A DNA stretch of 64,000 nucleotides, taken from the NCBI GenBank assembly GCA_951406725.2, contig OX597824.1, positions 68,200,001-68,264,000 of the forward strand, in the 5' to 3' direction. The DNA is from Octopus vulgaris (Eukaryota). This document shows, in pieces, positions 49,796-62,585 of this stretch (position 1 is its first letter; each line of letters opens with the position of its first letter). A model generated the notes under the pieces. That model searched no databases, had not been told where the DNA came from, and saw nothing but the letters and a program-made list of their open reading frames with translations. Both the position numbers and the translations under genes were made by a program.

Positions 49796-51247
49796 GAGCT
49801 GGCAGAAACCTTAGCATGCTGGGCGAAATTCATAGCCGTATTTTGTCTCCCGCTACGTTCTGGGTTCAAGGGTTCAAATCCCGCCAAGGTCGACTTTACC
49901 TTTCATCCTTTCAGGGTCGATAAATTAAGTACTTGTTACGCACTGAGGTTGATGTAATCAACTTATCCATTTGTCTGTCCTTGTTTGTCCTTTCTGTGTT
50001 TAGCCCCTTGTGGGTAGTAAAGAAATAGCTGTGTATGCATATATATGTGTATGCATGTGTATATATATATATACAGGCATGCACATTCTTTGCATCAAGT
50101 CAATGAAGGAATCTCTATATGATTTCTTGACTTGCTAAAATGGCAACCAAATTTCTCTTAAACCACACTCTTATCATCTTGAAAAGGACACGTTATTAGA
50201 TAATGTCATCCTGGGTTGTTGGTACACAGGAAAAAAGTCAGGATCGTCACAGCTGGAATAGGTCACCTTAATCAGGGCTGTCTTGAGGTTAAATAATAAC
50301 CACAACCACCACCTCCAGAAGTTAGTTGAAGGTAAGGAATGATTGTACTTAGGCTAAATAATCTTTGATAAGCTAAATCAAACTTTATATCTAATGGTTC
50401 TCTCCTCATTGGTTGCTGCTAGGTAACTGACTGTGAGTAGGGAGTGGTAGTAATGGTGGAATGTGAATATGAGGTGAACCACGAACACACAGGTAGGCAT
50501 GGCAGAGAGGATCTTGTAATGTAAACCTTGAAATTTAATTCTCACCCCTTTTTAGCTTTTAATATTTCTTTAAGTTTGTTTTTATTTCTATTTTTACATG
50601 CAGCTGTCGATTTATAATTTTATATGACAACTCCTTTCAGTTTCACAAAGGCTGTTCTAGGTCACTCTAAGCTCCTCTGTTCTATCTGGACTGGGCTGGG
50701 CTTGATGAGGTTGGTGTGAGCGGAGCAGAGCAGGGGAGGGATTAAGTATGTCTCTGTGTGTGCACTTGATAATTGTAGTGGTGGAGGCGCCAACATTGTC
50801 AGCTTTGGGTTTAGTTTTGTTAATTTGGTGCTCGGGCCTTAATGGGTTTCTCACCAATAAAGATGATGTTCACTGGACAATGGTGGTGTTGAATGGTTGG
50901 GAAAAGTTTTGTAATATATAGGTGGTGATGAGAGTGCTACTGTGCTTATTTTGGTGAGATTCGGACAGCTTTCTTTAACCAGTTGTGTCAATGTTTTGTT
51001 TTGATGTATAGTGATTTAGTGGTTCCAAGTTGTCGTTTTTGTTGTTGGGAGTGATGAAGATGTGTAACCCCTAGCCAGTCCCCAGTCAAACTATCCAATC
51101 CATGCCAGCTTGGGAAGCGGATGTTAAACGATGATGATGATGATAATATATGTATTTATATGTGTATATATATATATATATAGATAGATAGATAGTTAGA
51201 TAAATAGATAGATATAGATATAAATATACATGTGTGTGTGTGTGCAC

Positions 51248-51284
<37 letters not shown>

Positions 51285-51287
<3 letters not shown>

Positions 51288-52536
51288 GGTGGGAAAGCAA
51301 AACTTGGAAAATAATAGATGATTCACCAAATTGTTTATTTTACAACAACCAGCAGCCTGACATAAATATAATTTTAACACAAGTTTATAGGGATATAAAG
51401 AGGCAACTTATTCATTATGTCCACCTTCAATATGCACTTTACACACCGTTTGAAGGCATCAAAATTTCTCATGATGAATTACTCAGACATGTTGTCCCAC
51501 ACTTCCCCTAGGACTTGCTTAAGATGATCAACACTTGGTTGCGAAGGTCTGTTGGTAGAGTGCTCCAATTTTCCCCATACAGCATAGTGCAGGAAGTTCA
51601 GGTCTAGGCTGGAAGAACGCCAGAAGTTGGCAGGCCAAAAGTCAGCAAAGTCGTCTTTGCAGAATTTCTGCACTCATGTTGCTGTGTGAGCAGAAGCTCC
51701 ATCTTGAGTCCACACACAATTACTTTTGGGGGTAGATAGACTTTAGCCAAGATGAAACCTTATACTGCAGGACTTTATAATAAACTTCATCCCCTACATT
51801 TTCCCCAGACTTGAAAAAATGGAGAGGCATCTTTTTGCAATCAGATGCCAGGACTCCAAGTACCATGACTTGAGCTGGGTGCTTGGTCCAAAAGACATTC
51901 TTTACTTCAGAAGGTGACTTAGCAATGTATTGATCATTGCGATGTTTTAAAACAGCATCAACGGTAAAGATTTTGTCATTGTGCTTCAGGTATTATAACA
52001 CTTTTTTTAGCCCTTTCATACCATCTGTCTTTCATTGCAGAGGTCAATAGGTGTCTCAGGGTCCTCATGTATGACTCCAACTGTAAATCAGTGTGTACAG
52101 CATTTTTGATGGTCTTTGGATCAACTTTCATTGCCATGGACAGTTTTCTCATGGATGCTGTTGGGTCTTTTAAGATTTTGGCTTTGAGAGATTTAAGAAA
52201 TGCACTATCCTGTTTTTTATTTATGTCTCCACTTCTTTACTTTCTCTTGATGCCTCCCATATCCAGTATTCAGTTCTTAATATTGTAGACAGTGCTCACA
52301 GAGGCCCTGACAGTCTCAGCAATATGTCTAATTGCAACCCCGGCATGAAGCAAATGTGCAATGCGTTGTCTCTTGGCTTCTTGGGTGGACATGTGAGATC
52401 ATATGACTGGAACTTCTGCTTAAATTAACTCTCTATACCTCCACCCTGAAATAGAAAACAATATTTTAGTATTTATGTTCAGGAATATATAAAAAATAAG
52501 GCTTCCAAAATATTCTAAGCTTTGCTTCCCCATGTG
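51285..52536 (-). mobile_element. Near full-length maT (DD37D, Tc1/mariner superfamily) fossil
   Basis: TA-flanked TIR cagggtgggaaagcaaaacttggaaaata with a degenerate partner at ~52511-52536. ATG near 52392 (MSTQEAKRQRIAHLL); WTQDGASAH...SSLDLNFLHY with 37 residues between D2 and the D3 position. Confidence 0.85.
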
Positions 52537-54004
52537 TGTGTGTATGTTTGTATAATGTATAAATATACATGTATGTGTGTTTATATATATGTCTGTCTAT
52601 CTGTCTGTCTCTCTCCCTCCCTCTGTATATATATATGTGTGTGTGTTTAATTCTTCTGGTGTCAATTTGTACTTTATTCTTCCGGTTGTTAATAAACTGC
52701 TAGCAAATATTAACGCGCAAAAAGTTTGTGGATTGGTGGGGATCATCTTAATCAATTATATCCCTTTCCCCTGTAAATTGTCAGTACTATTATTGTTGGT
52801 GTTGTTGTTGTTGTTACTGCTGCTGCTGCTAGTAGCAGGCTGACATAATTTTTCGAGTATTGGGGAAAATGCTTTGTGGTAAACTGTTCCAATTTTGCTT
52901 TATGAGTTCATTCCATGCTAGAGTTAACTTTGCCTTTCAAAGAGCCACTCAGTTACTGGGATTGGTGGAACTGAGTAACCGATCTGTAATGACTTTGTTG
53001 TCCTTGTGCCTAAATCAGGAATTGTTATTATTGGACAAAATGCTTTGTGGCATTTCTTCTGTTTTTACAATCTGAGTTCATATGTCACTGAGGTCAACTT
53101 TGCCTTTGATCCTTTCAGTGTCCAGCACTACTTCTGCTGCTGCTACTGCTACTACTACTACTACTACTACTTCCACTATTACATTTGCTACATGATGTAT
53201 ATCTATGCAGTTGCTCAATTTTCTCAAAATAGTTACCAAATCTCTCTCAAATTACACACTACCATTTGAAAGATAAGGACAAAAATGCACAATTGGCATG
53301 ACTAGAATGCCTTTGATCTTAGGCTTGCCTTTTGAGGACTGACTTAGGGCTAAGCAACTCCAACAACAACAACAACAAAAAAAAAATGTAGCTGTAAATC
53401 ACATTGCCGATATTTTGACTTTCATATTTCACATCTGCCCTCGACATAATAGCTGCTGCATATAATTGTTGTCACTTCACCAAACACGAAGTTTCCAGAT
53501 TTATTTGGTCTCTGTTACAGGCAAACATTGTTTGTTACTTTTATTGCCATGGTCTTCTGTTGAAAGGAACTTTACCTTTTCGATTGAAAACAGTTTTCTG
53601 TTTTATTTTATGTCAGAATATGAAGAGGTTGCAAGTGAAAGGTGTGAGCAACATATTACTGATTCAATGTTAAATTTTATTGTGATTCTAACTATGGTCC
53701 TGGGTTCAGTCCCACTGCATTGCTCCTTGGGCAAATATCTTCTACTATAGCCTTGGGCCAACCAAAGCTTTGTGAGTGGATTTGGTAGACAGAAACTGAA
53801 AGAAGCCTGTTGTAAGTATTATATACTTACAACTCTGCTGGTTCATCACCTTATACATACTGACAGCATAATATCAATATATGCAAAATAAGTTACCAAA
53901 GAAGGAATCTGTGTAAACTATTTGATAAGAGGTTAAGTGACTGTCGGCTTTAAAATAACTTGTACCACATGGATTTTCTGTATTCTCACTTGACTATCCT
54001 GCTC

Positions 54005-54176
54005 TGATGAGGAATTGGATTTCAGTTCCAGAGTGGGAGCATTTGAAACAGCTACCACATCCAAGGAAGGCAGCAGGTGCACAAATTACCCACTCCCAGC
54101 ACAGAGAAGTAGTGATAAAAAATAACAATGCAGGACTCTACTGAGGTCCTGCAATTAGAATGAGTACACTTCAGAT
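54005..54176 (+). pseudogene. 18S rRNA fragment (degraded copy)
   Basis: gaaacagctaccacatccaaggaaggcagcaggtgcacaaattacccactccc...gtagtgataaaaaataacaat...gaatgagtacact matches the conserved eukaryotic 18S region, with CpG-type substitutions. Confidence 0.85.
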
Positions 54177-55689
54177 TTGTTAGCTTATCTTCAATTCACA
54201 CCTTTCATTCTTTAAATCGGTACCATGCAAACCACTGAACCATCACTTGAGCTGCTTGGAATGTAGTTAGGTGGTAATTCACCCTCTGCATTATTCTTTC
54301 AACTCTTTAAATTGACTAAATACTACATGGGCCATGAAGAATTGAATGATTTGAACAGACTCCTTTAAAATGACTAAAACTAGCTAGAGAAACCGTTGCT
54401 GGGTATTCTTCATAGTCACTCAAACTGATTAAATCTTGCACAAAATCCCTACTATTCTTTAACCCATTGATGCCAAACCAATTTAAACTGCCTCAGATTC
54501 TGTGATACAAAATCTCATTTTAAAGTGTCCATGCTGAAATTTAAATCTCCCATAATAACATTTACTACATAATGGAAGAAAGTTATTTTATGAAATCTAA
54601 GTAGGTTTTGGATTATTTTAAAAATTAACTGAAACCTCTATTTTGTTAGAATTATGGCTGTGAAAGGGTGAAATGAATAATGCCATATGAACTATGGCAA
54701 GTACTTCTGTATAATCACTTAACACTTTCAGTACTAACTCTTCTGTGAGATCAATGCTAGTTCTGACACATGACCCCTCATTTTAAACTATTTTTGGTTT
54801 TATGTGCTGGGTCTGTAGAAAGAGGTAGTGCCTGTAGTTTTCACTCCCCACTACTAGACTAGTGAGATTGAAACCATTACTAGCCCTCTTAAACATTTTT
54901 GTATGTCAACATCTGATGGAAAAACATGAATGGGGACGGAATTCCTGAGGGGTGGTGTTCTGAGAAGGAATGACTGTACAGTCACTAACTAGTGTGGTGC
55001 CTGGTGTGGGGACAAGGGTGGATACATTCAACACTGATGTGAGGAAGAGAGGTGAGTGACCCAGGAATACCTAAATAGAGATGATGTTCTTATTTAAGTC
55101 GATAAGCTCTTGTTGTAATTTTAAGTGAAGGCCCTCTTTTGCATGTTTTTATGCTGTGTGCTAGCTGAAGAATTACAATGTTAGTTATTTTCACTAAATT
55201 TCTCTAATTTTCTGATTATTTTCCAAAATTAATTGAAACACATAGGCAGTGTGTTTCTTTTGAAATATGGTAAATGGTTAAAACCCCCTTCGATCATGAA
55301 TGACCATGGGATTGCACTTAGAAAATTCCCCTCTGAAGCACAAATCTGGGCAAGGCTGTTTGTGGAAAACCAGCAGTTGCCCATGCATGCCAGCCTCTCC
55401 TCTCCATGACACTGATGTTATCCAAGGGAAAGGCAAAGGCCAGTACAGCATGGCACCAGTGACATCACAACTCATTTCTACAGCTCAGTGAACTGAAGTA
55501 ATGTGAAATAAAGTGTCTTGCTCAAGAACACAACACACAGCCCAGTCCAGTAATGAAACTCACTACCTCATGATAATGAACCCAATGCTTTAACCACAGA
55601 GCCATGTACCTTCACAATAATAATATGGTAATGATAGAGATAACCTGCTCAACATGGCTGGTATTGAATCAACAAAAAATCTTTGCTAT

Positions 55690-56050
55690 TCTAACAGAGA
55701 TATGGAACCCAATGAATTACCTTCTGTTAGTCACCATATCTTGAATGTATTGCTTCTACAAGTACCAGGATGTTAAAGTTTCTAGAAGTTGACTTAGTAG
55801 AAGCTTGAAAATTATCCACCATCTTTCCATCATCATTTTTGGCCATCTTTTTGAATTCAATACGGCTACCAGTCATAGACATGATCATAAGATCCAAAAA
55901 CAGTGCAGCTCCCATGATTTTCAGAAGCATTGTTTCTCACACATGATTGTGAAAACATTGAATAAATTACCCATATCAGTAATTAGGTGACAATACACTG
56001 CATTCTTCAAAAATTTCAAACTTCTCCAAGTTCACCAGCACTGCACCTGA
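55690..56050 (+). mobile_element. CR1-like LINE 3' fragment
   Basis: RHDHKIQKQ...QKHCFSHMIVKTLNKLP resembles the CR1 RGH..K....RK.FFS.RVV..WN.LP terminus. Confidence 0.6.
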
Positions 56051-56591
56051 TTTGTTTGAACACCCTCTTCTCTTTGTGGCTCTTTCATTGTCTTACTTGC
56101 TTGACTCTCTTTTTGTGCTTTATTCAGTGTGTTGTGCATGTACTTCTACCTTCTATTACTGTTTTGCTTTTACTTAACTTAGGAAATGCACCCGAGCATT
56201 GTAAGCAATAAGCTCAGTCCTCAAGTCAGCTTTTCAAAAGTTGCAAAAATGGCAAGAGTGGATGGTATCTATCTTAGTGTAGACCTGTGAGTTGGAGAGA
56301 ACAAATTGGAGAGGGCACTTGTTCTTGGTGTTCAGGGAAATCTTGGACATTGGGGTTCCTCAATTATTCCTTGAGGTCATCCTGTATCTGGAGGGCTACA
56401 TCTCTATCATCGCCCCCTTTTTTTTTTAAACCTTTGTATCCTATGTTATATCCCGTCCTTTTCCTTGTACACTGTGTATACTAACTTTTTTTTTATAACA
56501 TTTTTATCATTTCATTATACATAAACCCCCACACTTTATGTCTGTCTTTGTATCGTATCCCTTCTCCTTTGCCCTGGTGGCAAATAAATGA

Positions 56592-56625
<34 letters not shown>

Positions 56626-56846
56626 GAGTGAGAGAGCAGTTCATGCCATCAAAGTGACACTGGGGTACAAATATACGAAGCCCAATATACCCATCATGAC
56701 TACCCGTCTGATAAGGGTACACCAGGCACATGCATCACAACCATATGTGCGCGACATGGTGATCTCATATCAAGATAAACAGCACATGACCTTGCAGGTG
56801 GGACCCAGTTAGAATTTTCTTCAGGTTGAGTAGCCCATCCCGCTCA
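56626..56846 (-). mobile_element. Retroelement fragment inserted in a (TAA)n microsatellite
   Basis: ~220 bp of mixed sequence flanked on both sides by (TTA)n tracts. Confidence 0.5.
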
Positions 56847-56873
56847 ATTATTATTATTATTATTTATTATCAT

Positions 56874-56931
<58 letters not shown>

Positions 56932-57592
56932 CGAGGGCACATGGATTAGTGGTTAGGGTGTTGCACTCATGATCACTAGGTCCATCATTATTTCTTATAC
57001 AGCATAAACACTGACTGAACTTCTTTGAAATCCGGTATGGGCTGGATTTCAATTTTGGGGGCTGGGACAAACCATTCTGAAAGAACACCCTATTGTTTGT
57101 TTTATATAAATTAGTTAACACATTTTTATATTTTTACACCACTCCTACATCTTACATGTAGTTGACTACCACAAAAAAGAAAAAACAAACAGTAAAAAAA
57201 AACAAGCCATGAAGGTGAAAAAGAAAGGAAAAGCCATATATAGACCCATTTATCAGTTTTATGTCAGCTCATTTCTTAAGTATTAATTAAAAAAAGACAC
57301 TGAGCTGTTGTCAAGGTAATTCTTTTAATGGTAACCTGCCTGGACTTTGGGATTTATGATACTCCTGCTAAATGTTTGTGTATAGATTATTATGTATGTA
57401 CAAACATACATACATACATACATGTGTGTGTGTGTGTGTGTGCATGTGTGTATATATATATGTGTGTGCATGTATATATATCACACAAAAATGCACACTT
57501 TTGGATGCACACACACACACACATTTGTGTGTTTATGTATGTATGTGTATTTATGTGTGTGTACATACACATATATACATATATATATACAC

Positions 57593-57637
<45 letters not shown>

Positions 57638-58719
57638 TTCATACACACACACACATATACATATATAATGTGTGTATGTGTTATTAGGCTATTTCAGCTA
57701 GATTTTGAATCTACTGAAATATAACAATTATTTGTGAAGTATTTCTTGCTTTAACAGAATTGTTAGAACCTGGAGTAGTTACAGCCCTTTACATCCTGAA
57801 CTCGAATCCCACTGCGAATGATTTTGCCTTTTATCCTGATGATATGAACACAATAAAGTACTTGTCAAGTGTGGTTGGGTTGGGGATAATCGACATAATC
57901 GATCTGCAACCTCTGTGAAATGTCATTTTTATGTGAGTGATTTACAAATGGCTGGCGAAATGCCTGTATTCTGTAATGTCCATTTATATTCAAAGTACCT
58001 GAATCACAGGTTGATTTTGTCTTTCATCCCTTCCTGAGTTGTCAGAAATACTAGTCAGGTACTGTGTAATGTGGTTGGCTGTTTGGGATTATTTACCCCA
58101 TCCCTACAAAGTCTATGTCAGTGGAAGAATACCTTGTTTCTTCTTAATTTTTAATGGTTTGTTTTTCATATACATGCATCCTTCCATGCAGTTACACAAT
58201 ATGAATGTGTGTCTATATGGTTGCTTGGTCTGCTAGAGATAGCAGTCAAACCTCCTTCAAGTCACACTCTGTCTTTTTCAAGAAAGGTGTACACATTGGA
58301 CAATGTAATCCCTGATATATAAAAAGACATGGTGGCCGTGTCTGGAACACCTTCGCTTGTAAGTTTGCTCAGTCAAAACAACTGAGAATAAACAACAAAA
58401 CCTTGGGTCTACCAATCAATTACTGGTTCAGTTTTTTGTCACCATATTTCTGTCGAATTACACTGTCTTTGATTTGAAAATAATGAAGAATTTAGTAAAA
58501 TAACTGTCGTTGTTACCATGGTGTCTAGAAAATGAATTAACATCAAATTTTTATGGAAGCTTATGACTTAGATCTCTTTAAAATGAAACTTTGTTAAAAT
58601 GATGATGTACATTGAAAACAGATCTGTGGATAACACACGTTTTCACTTAAAGATATTTCTAAATATGCCAAAAAATATTTTTTTAATGGTATTAACTTGA
58701 AAATAATAAAAAAATAAAT

Positions 58720-59002
58720 TAAAATATTGTCTGTTTAAAGAAAGCTAAAATATAAATACATACTCGTACACACAACTTGTATTTTTGAAATCACATTCAC
58801 TTAAAAATGTTTCTAAATAATTAAAGTATTCTGTTTAAGAAAAGTGAAAATATAAACATTTACTGTAAAAACACCTTGAATTTTTATGTCATATTCACTT
58901 TAAAATGTTTTTTAATTATTAAAATACTGTCTGTTTAAAGATAGCTAAACTATAGACACTCAAAGAATAAACAACTTGGTTTTTTAAATCATATTCACTT
59001 AA
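58720..59002. repeat. AT-rich minisatellite, ~99-bp unit, about 3 copies
   Basis: attcactt recurs at 58795, 58893 and 58993, with a shared ctgtttaa block. Confidence 0.7.
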
Positions 59003-59904
59003 TTGCATATAAAGTTGATCTGTATTCTGGACTAGACATGAAATTGCATTCAATGATGAGCCTCTGGCTTGAGAATTCAGGAGTTTTGGGGAGTACAGAG
59101 TTATCCCTTAGTCACCACTACACCCAAGTTCATTCTGGCCCAAGGTGATAGTACCTGTCAAGGCTCCAAGGATCAAATAGCAGGTGCTCCTGTGATTAAA
59201 ACAAAGAAAACTTCAAAATTAACTGGTCCCGAGACATGTCGTACAGGCTCATGAGGTCACATGAACCAGCACCCTGAGGTGACATGAACTAGTGCCTTTG
59301 CCTAAGGGTTCAATAGGATCCTGTACATCAAAGGTAAGCATGGGAAAGGAGACTCTCAGAGTAAACTGTACATAAACTGGCAGAAAGCAACAGGAAACCA
59401 TCAGTGTATCTTTCCCCCAAAATCATTGAATCTTCAAACTTTTATCATAGATATACATGACTGCCGAAGAGAGCAGTCTGTGTTGTAACTCCTTAGCTTG
59501 CCAACTTGCTTCAGAGAAAAATGATGAAGATTTGTTTGTGCTATGTCTTGGGTCATTCTTCTTTGGAAATTGTTTGGCATGCTTTTTGTAATGTGTTAGC
59601 TTGTGCTGTATCTTTATGTTAAACATTGTTGGTATCTTCACATTACCATTTTCTGAGAGAAGTGAAGCTTAGTTTGAGTATCCAAGAGCTTTTATCTCTA
59701 AATAATTGTAACTAGGTGACTAGGTGCTTTAAGAGCAACTTCACTATGTTATTGTGTCTACACAAGGCAGGACATGCTGGTACAATGAGGGATATTGTCT
59801 TGGTGGGGGAAATACACCATACAGCTGACATTTGTCATCTATATTGTAGCAATTGTAAATATTCCTTTCGATATCACATGGTTATAGACTTTTTGCTGTT
59901 GTTG

Positions 59905-61245
59905 TTTTAGGGTAGTGAATTGGCAGAATTGTTAGAGAATCAGGAAAATGCCATGCAGTATTTGTTCTGGTTCCTTATGTTCTGAGTTCAAATCCTGCTG
60001 AGGTCAACTTTGCCTTTCATCCTTTTTGGGGTTCATTAAAATAAAGTACAGTAAAATATTGGGGCTGATGGTATCAGCTAACTTTTCTTCTTACATTTGC
60101 TGATCTGTTGCTAAAATCAGAAACTGGTTGGAGCTGGCAGAATCATTAGTGGGGTGGGAAAAGCCTTGTAATATTTCTTCTGACTCTTTACATCCTCAGT
60201 TCTAATCCTACCAATGTCAAATTTGCTTTCTTCCTTTTAGCATTGATAACATGTAGGACCAATCAAGTATTTCATTTGATTTGACTGGGTAATTCCTGCC
60301 TCCTAAAATTGCTGGCCTTGTCCTAAATCATTTTTATTATGAGCTGGCAAAATCGTTAGCATGCCAGACAAAATGCTTAGTGGCATTTCAACTGTTTTTA
60401 CTTTATGTGTTTAAGTTCTGCCACAGTCGATTTTGCCTTTCATCTTTTCGGGGTCATTGAAATAGATATCAGTTGAGCACAGGGATCAATTTAGTTGACT
60501 AGTACCTTCCTCTAAAATTTCAAGCCTTGTGCCTACAGTAGAAAGGATTGTTATTATTTTAAGGTGGAAAACTCGCAGAATCATTAGCATGCTTAGTGGC
60601 ATTTCATCCGTCTTTAATGATGAGAGTTCAAATTCTGCCGAGGTCGACTTTGCTTTTCATCCTTCTGGGGATGAGAAATTAAGTACCAGCTAAATACCGG
60701 GGTTGATGTACTTGATTAGTCCTACCCCCATCAAATTTCAGGCCTTGTGCCTTCAATGGAAAGAATCATTATTATTATTATTAAAGAAGCAATCTGGTGG
60801 AATCATTAACATGCCAGGCAAAATGCTTAGTGGTATTTCATCTGTCTTCATGTTCTGTGTTCAAATTCCATCAGGGTTGACTTTGCCTTTCATCCATTTG
60901 AGATTGATAAATTAAGTGCCAGTCAAACACTGGGGTCAATGTAATCGACTTATCCACTCCCACCAAATTTCAGCCCTTGTGTCTATAGTAGAAATAATTA
61001 CTATTATTATTAGCTGACAGAATTAGTGCATCAGACAAAATGCTAACATTTCTTCCTGCTCTTTATGTTCTGGGTCCAAATTCTGCCAATGTCAGCTTTG
61101 CCTTTCATTCTTTTGAAGTTAAAATAAGTACCAGTTATGTACTGGAGTTGATTTAATCAACTAACCCCTTCCTCCTAAAAAAAATTGTTGACCTTATATT
61201 ATTATCATTATTATTTTTTCAGGCTTTGTACCTATAGTAGAAAGA
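59905..61245 (+). repeat. Array of six head-to-tail family B SINE copies
   Basis: Heads at ~59911, 60131, 60341, 60561, 60785 and 61010 (period ~220), each with the tttgcctttcatcc domain. Confidence 0.8.
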
Positions 61246-61349
61246 TTATTATTATTATTATTATTATTATTGATGATGATGATTGTGAAAGGGAGAATAT
61301 ACAGAGTATCAAATTACTGATTTTCCAGAGTCTTTCTTCTCTTTACCAG

Positions 61350-61477
61350 GTTTTGTGAATGATGAATTGGATTTTGGTGAAAACATCAATCTACAGCACG
61401 AAGTCAACCGGTTACGCTCCAGTGTCCAACACCTGCAGTCAGAATGCAAACATTGGAAAAGCATTGCATCTCAGAGG
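61350..61477 (+). CDS. TRIP11: TRIP11 coding exon 5 (an in-frame alternative acceptor would start it at 61329)
   Basis: Pyrimidine tract then cAG; (G)FVNDELDFGENINLQHEVNRLRSSVQHLQSECKHWKSIASQR, matching the conserved GMAP-210 DDMDFGD...QQEINRL...HW..IAQ segment; donor GTAGGT. The gene continues beyond the window. Confidence 0.88.
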
Positions 61478-61494
61478 GTAGGTTGTATTTACTT

Positions 61495-61560
61495 TTACTA
61501 CTACTACTACTACTACTACTACTATCTCTCCTCCTCCTTTTCTTCTTCTTCTTCTTCTTC

Positions 61561-61627
<67 letters not shown>

Positions 61628-61645
61628 CATCATCATCATCATTAC
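61495..61645. repeat. Compound trinucleotide microsatellite (TAC)n(TCC)n(TTC)n(TAT)n(CAT)n
   Basis: Directly visible ~20 nt downstream of the exon 5 donor. Confidence 0.95.
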
Positions 61646-62184
61646 CTTAAAAGAAGAAATGTAATATTCTTATTCTACAAGTTTACTGCCTGTATAACAA
61701 TATATACGTCTAGCTATGATGTAATCATTTAGCCTTAGGTCTGTCCCTGATTCAGCAGATGTATGATCAAAGGTAATCAAGCTGTGACCATCCTAACTTT
61801 CTTTCATTAATAGTTTGTGTTAGACTACATTATCCAATGTCTTCAAGATGGTAGGGTATGGTTTGAGGGAGATAAGGCTACTCTTTCTGAAAGGTTGAAG
61901 AAGCACATTGAGGCTCTGTCATTTGCTTGTATATGTTTGTATTGATCTCACCTGGTTACTAAAATATTGTTGAATCACTACCAAAATATCTGTCTGCATA
62001 AGGTGTGTAGAAACCTAGCTATCCAAGCCAGTGGTACTGCCAAGAATTATCAGTTACTACCTAAAGTCAGTATCATTGTACTTGTATCACTTAACTTACA
62101 AAGAACTTAACACAAACATATACTCTACAGAGCCCAATCTTTCATGTGCACATACACACACACACATGCATATATATGTAGTTT

Positions 62185-62585
62185 CCAAAAGAGAAGACTA
62201 TGCTGGGATGTCACATGTGATGTACATGGATGAGGATAGCTGTATAAAGAAGTGCCGATCTCTAATTGAGGGAACCTGTGGAAGAAGTAGACCCAGGAAG
62301 ATATTGCAAGGGGTGGAAAAATATGATCTTCAGTTGTTGAATTGTATGGAAGTGATGACAGGTGACCAAGGCTTCTGGCGATTTGCTATACTTGAGAAGA
62401 TATGTCAGGCTAAGTGAAATTATGGTCATGGCCAGTGCTGGTGACTCGTAAAAGGTACCTGTGCCAGTGACACATACCAGACACCTGTGCTGGTGACATG
62501 TAAAAGGTAACTGTGCCAGTGACATGTTGAAAGCAACTGTCCAATCCATGCTAGCATGGAAAATGGATGCTAAATGGTGATGATA
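62185..62585 (+). mobile_element. RTE LINE 3' fragment (same family as 11520-13045)
   Basis: HVMYMDEDSCIKKCRSLIEGTCGRSRPRK followed by the shared 3' UTR. Confidence 0.75.

Noticed and set aside
54004-54050. CTGATGA...GAAAC resembling a sense hammerhead
   Set aside because: No convincing stems; explained by the decayed 18S rRNA sequence.
61478-61732. Poly-Tyr/Ser/His extension of the exon 5 ORF
   Set aside because: Read-through past the GTAGGT donor into an intronic compound microsatellite.
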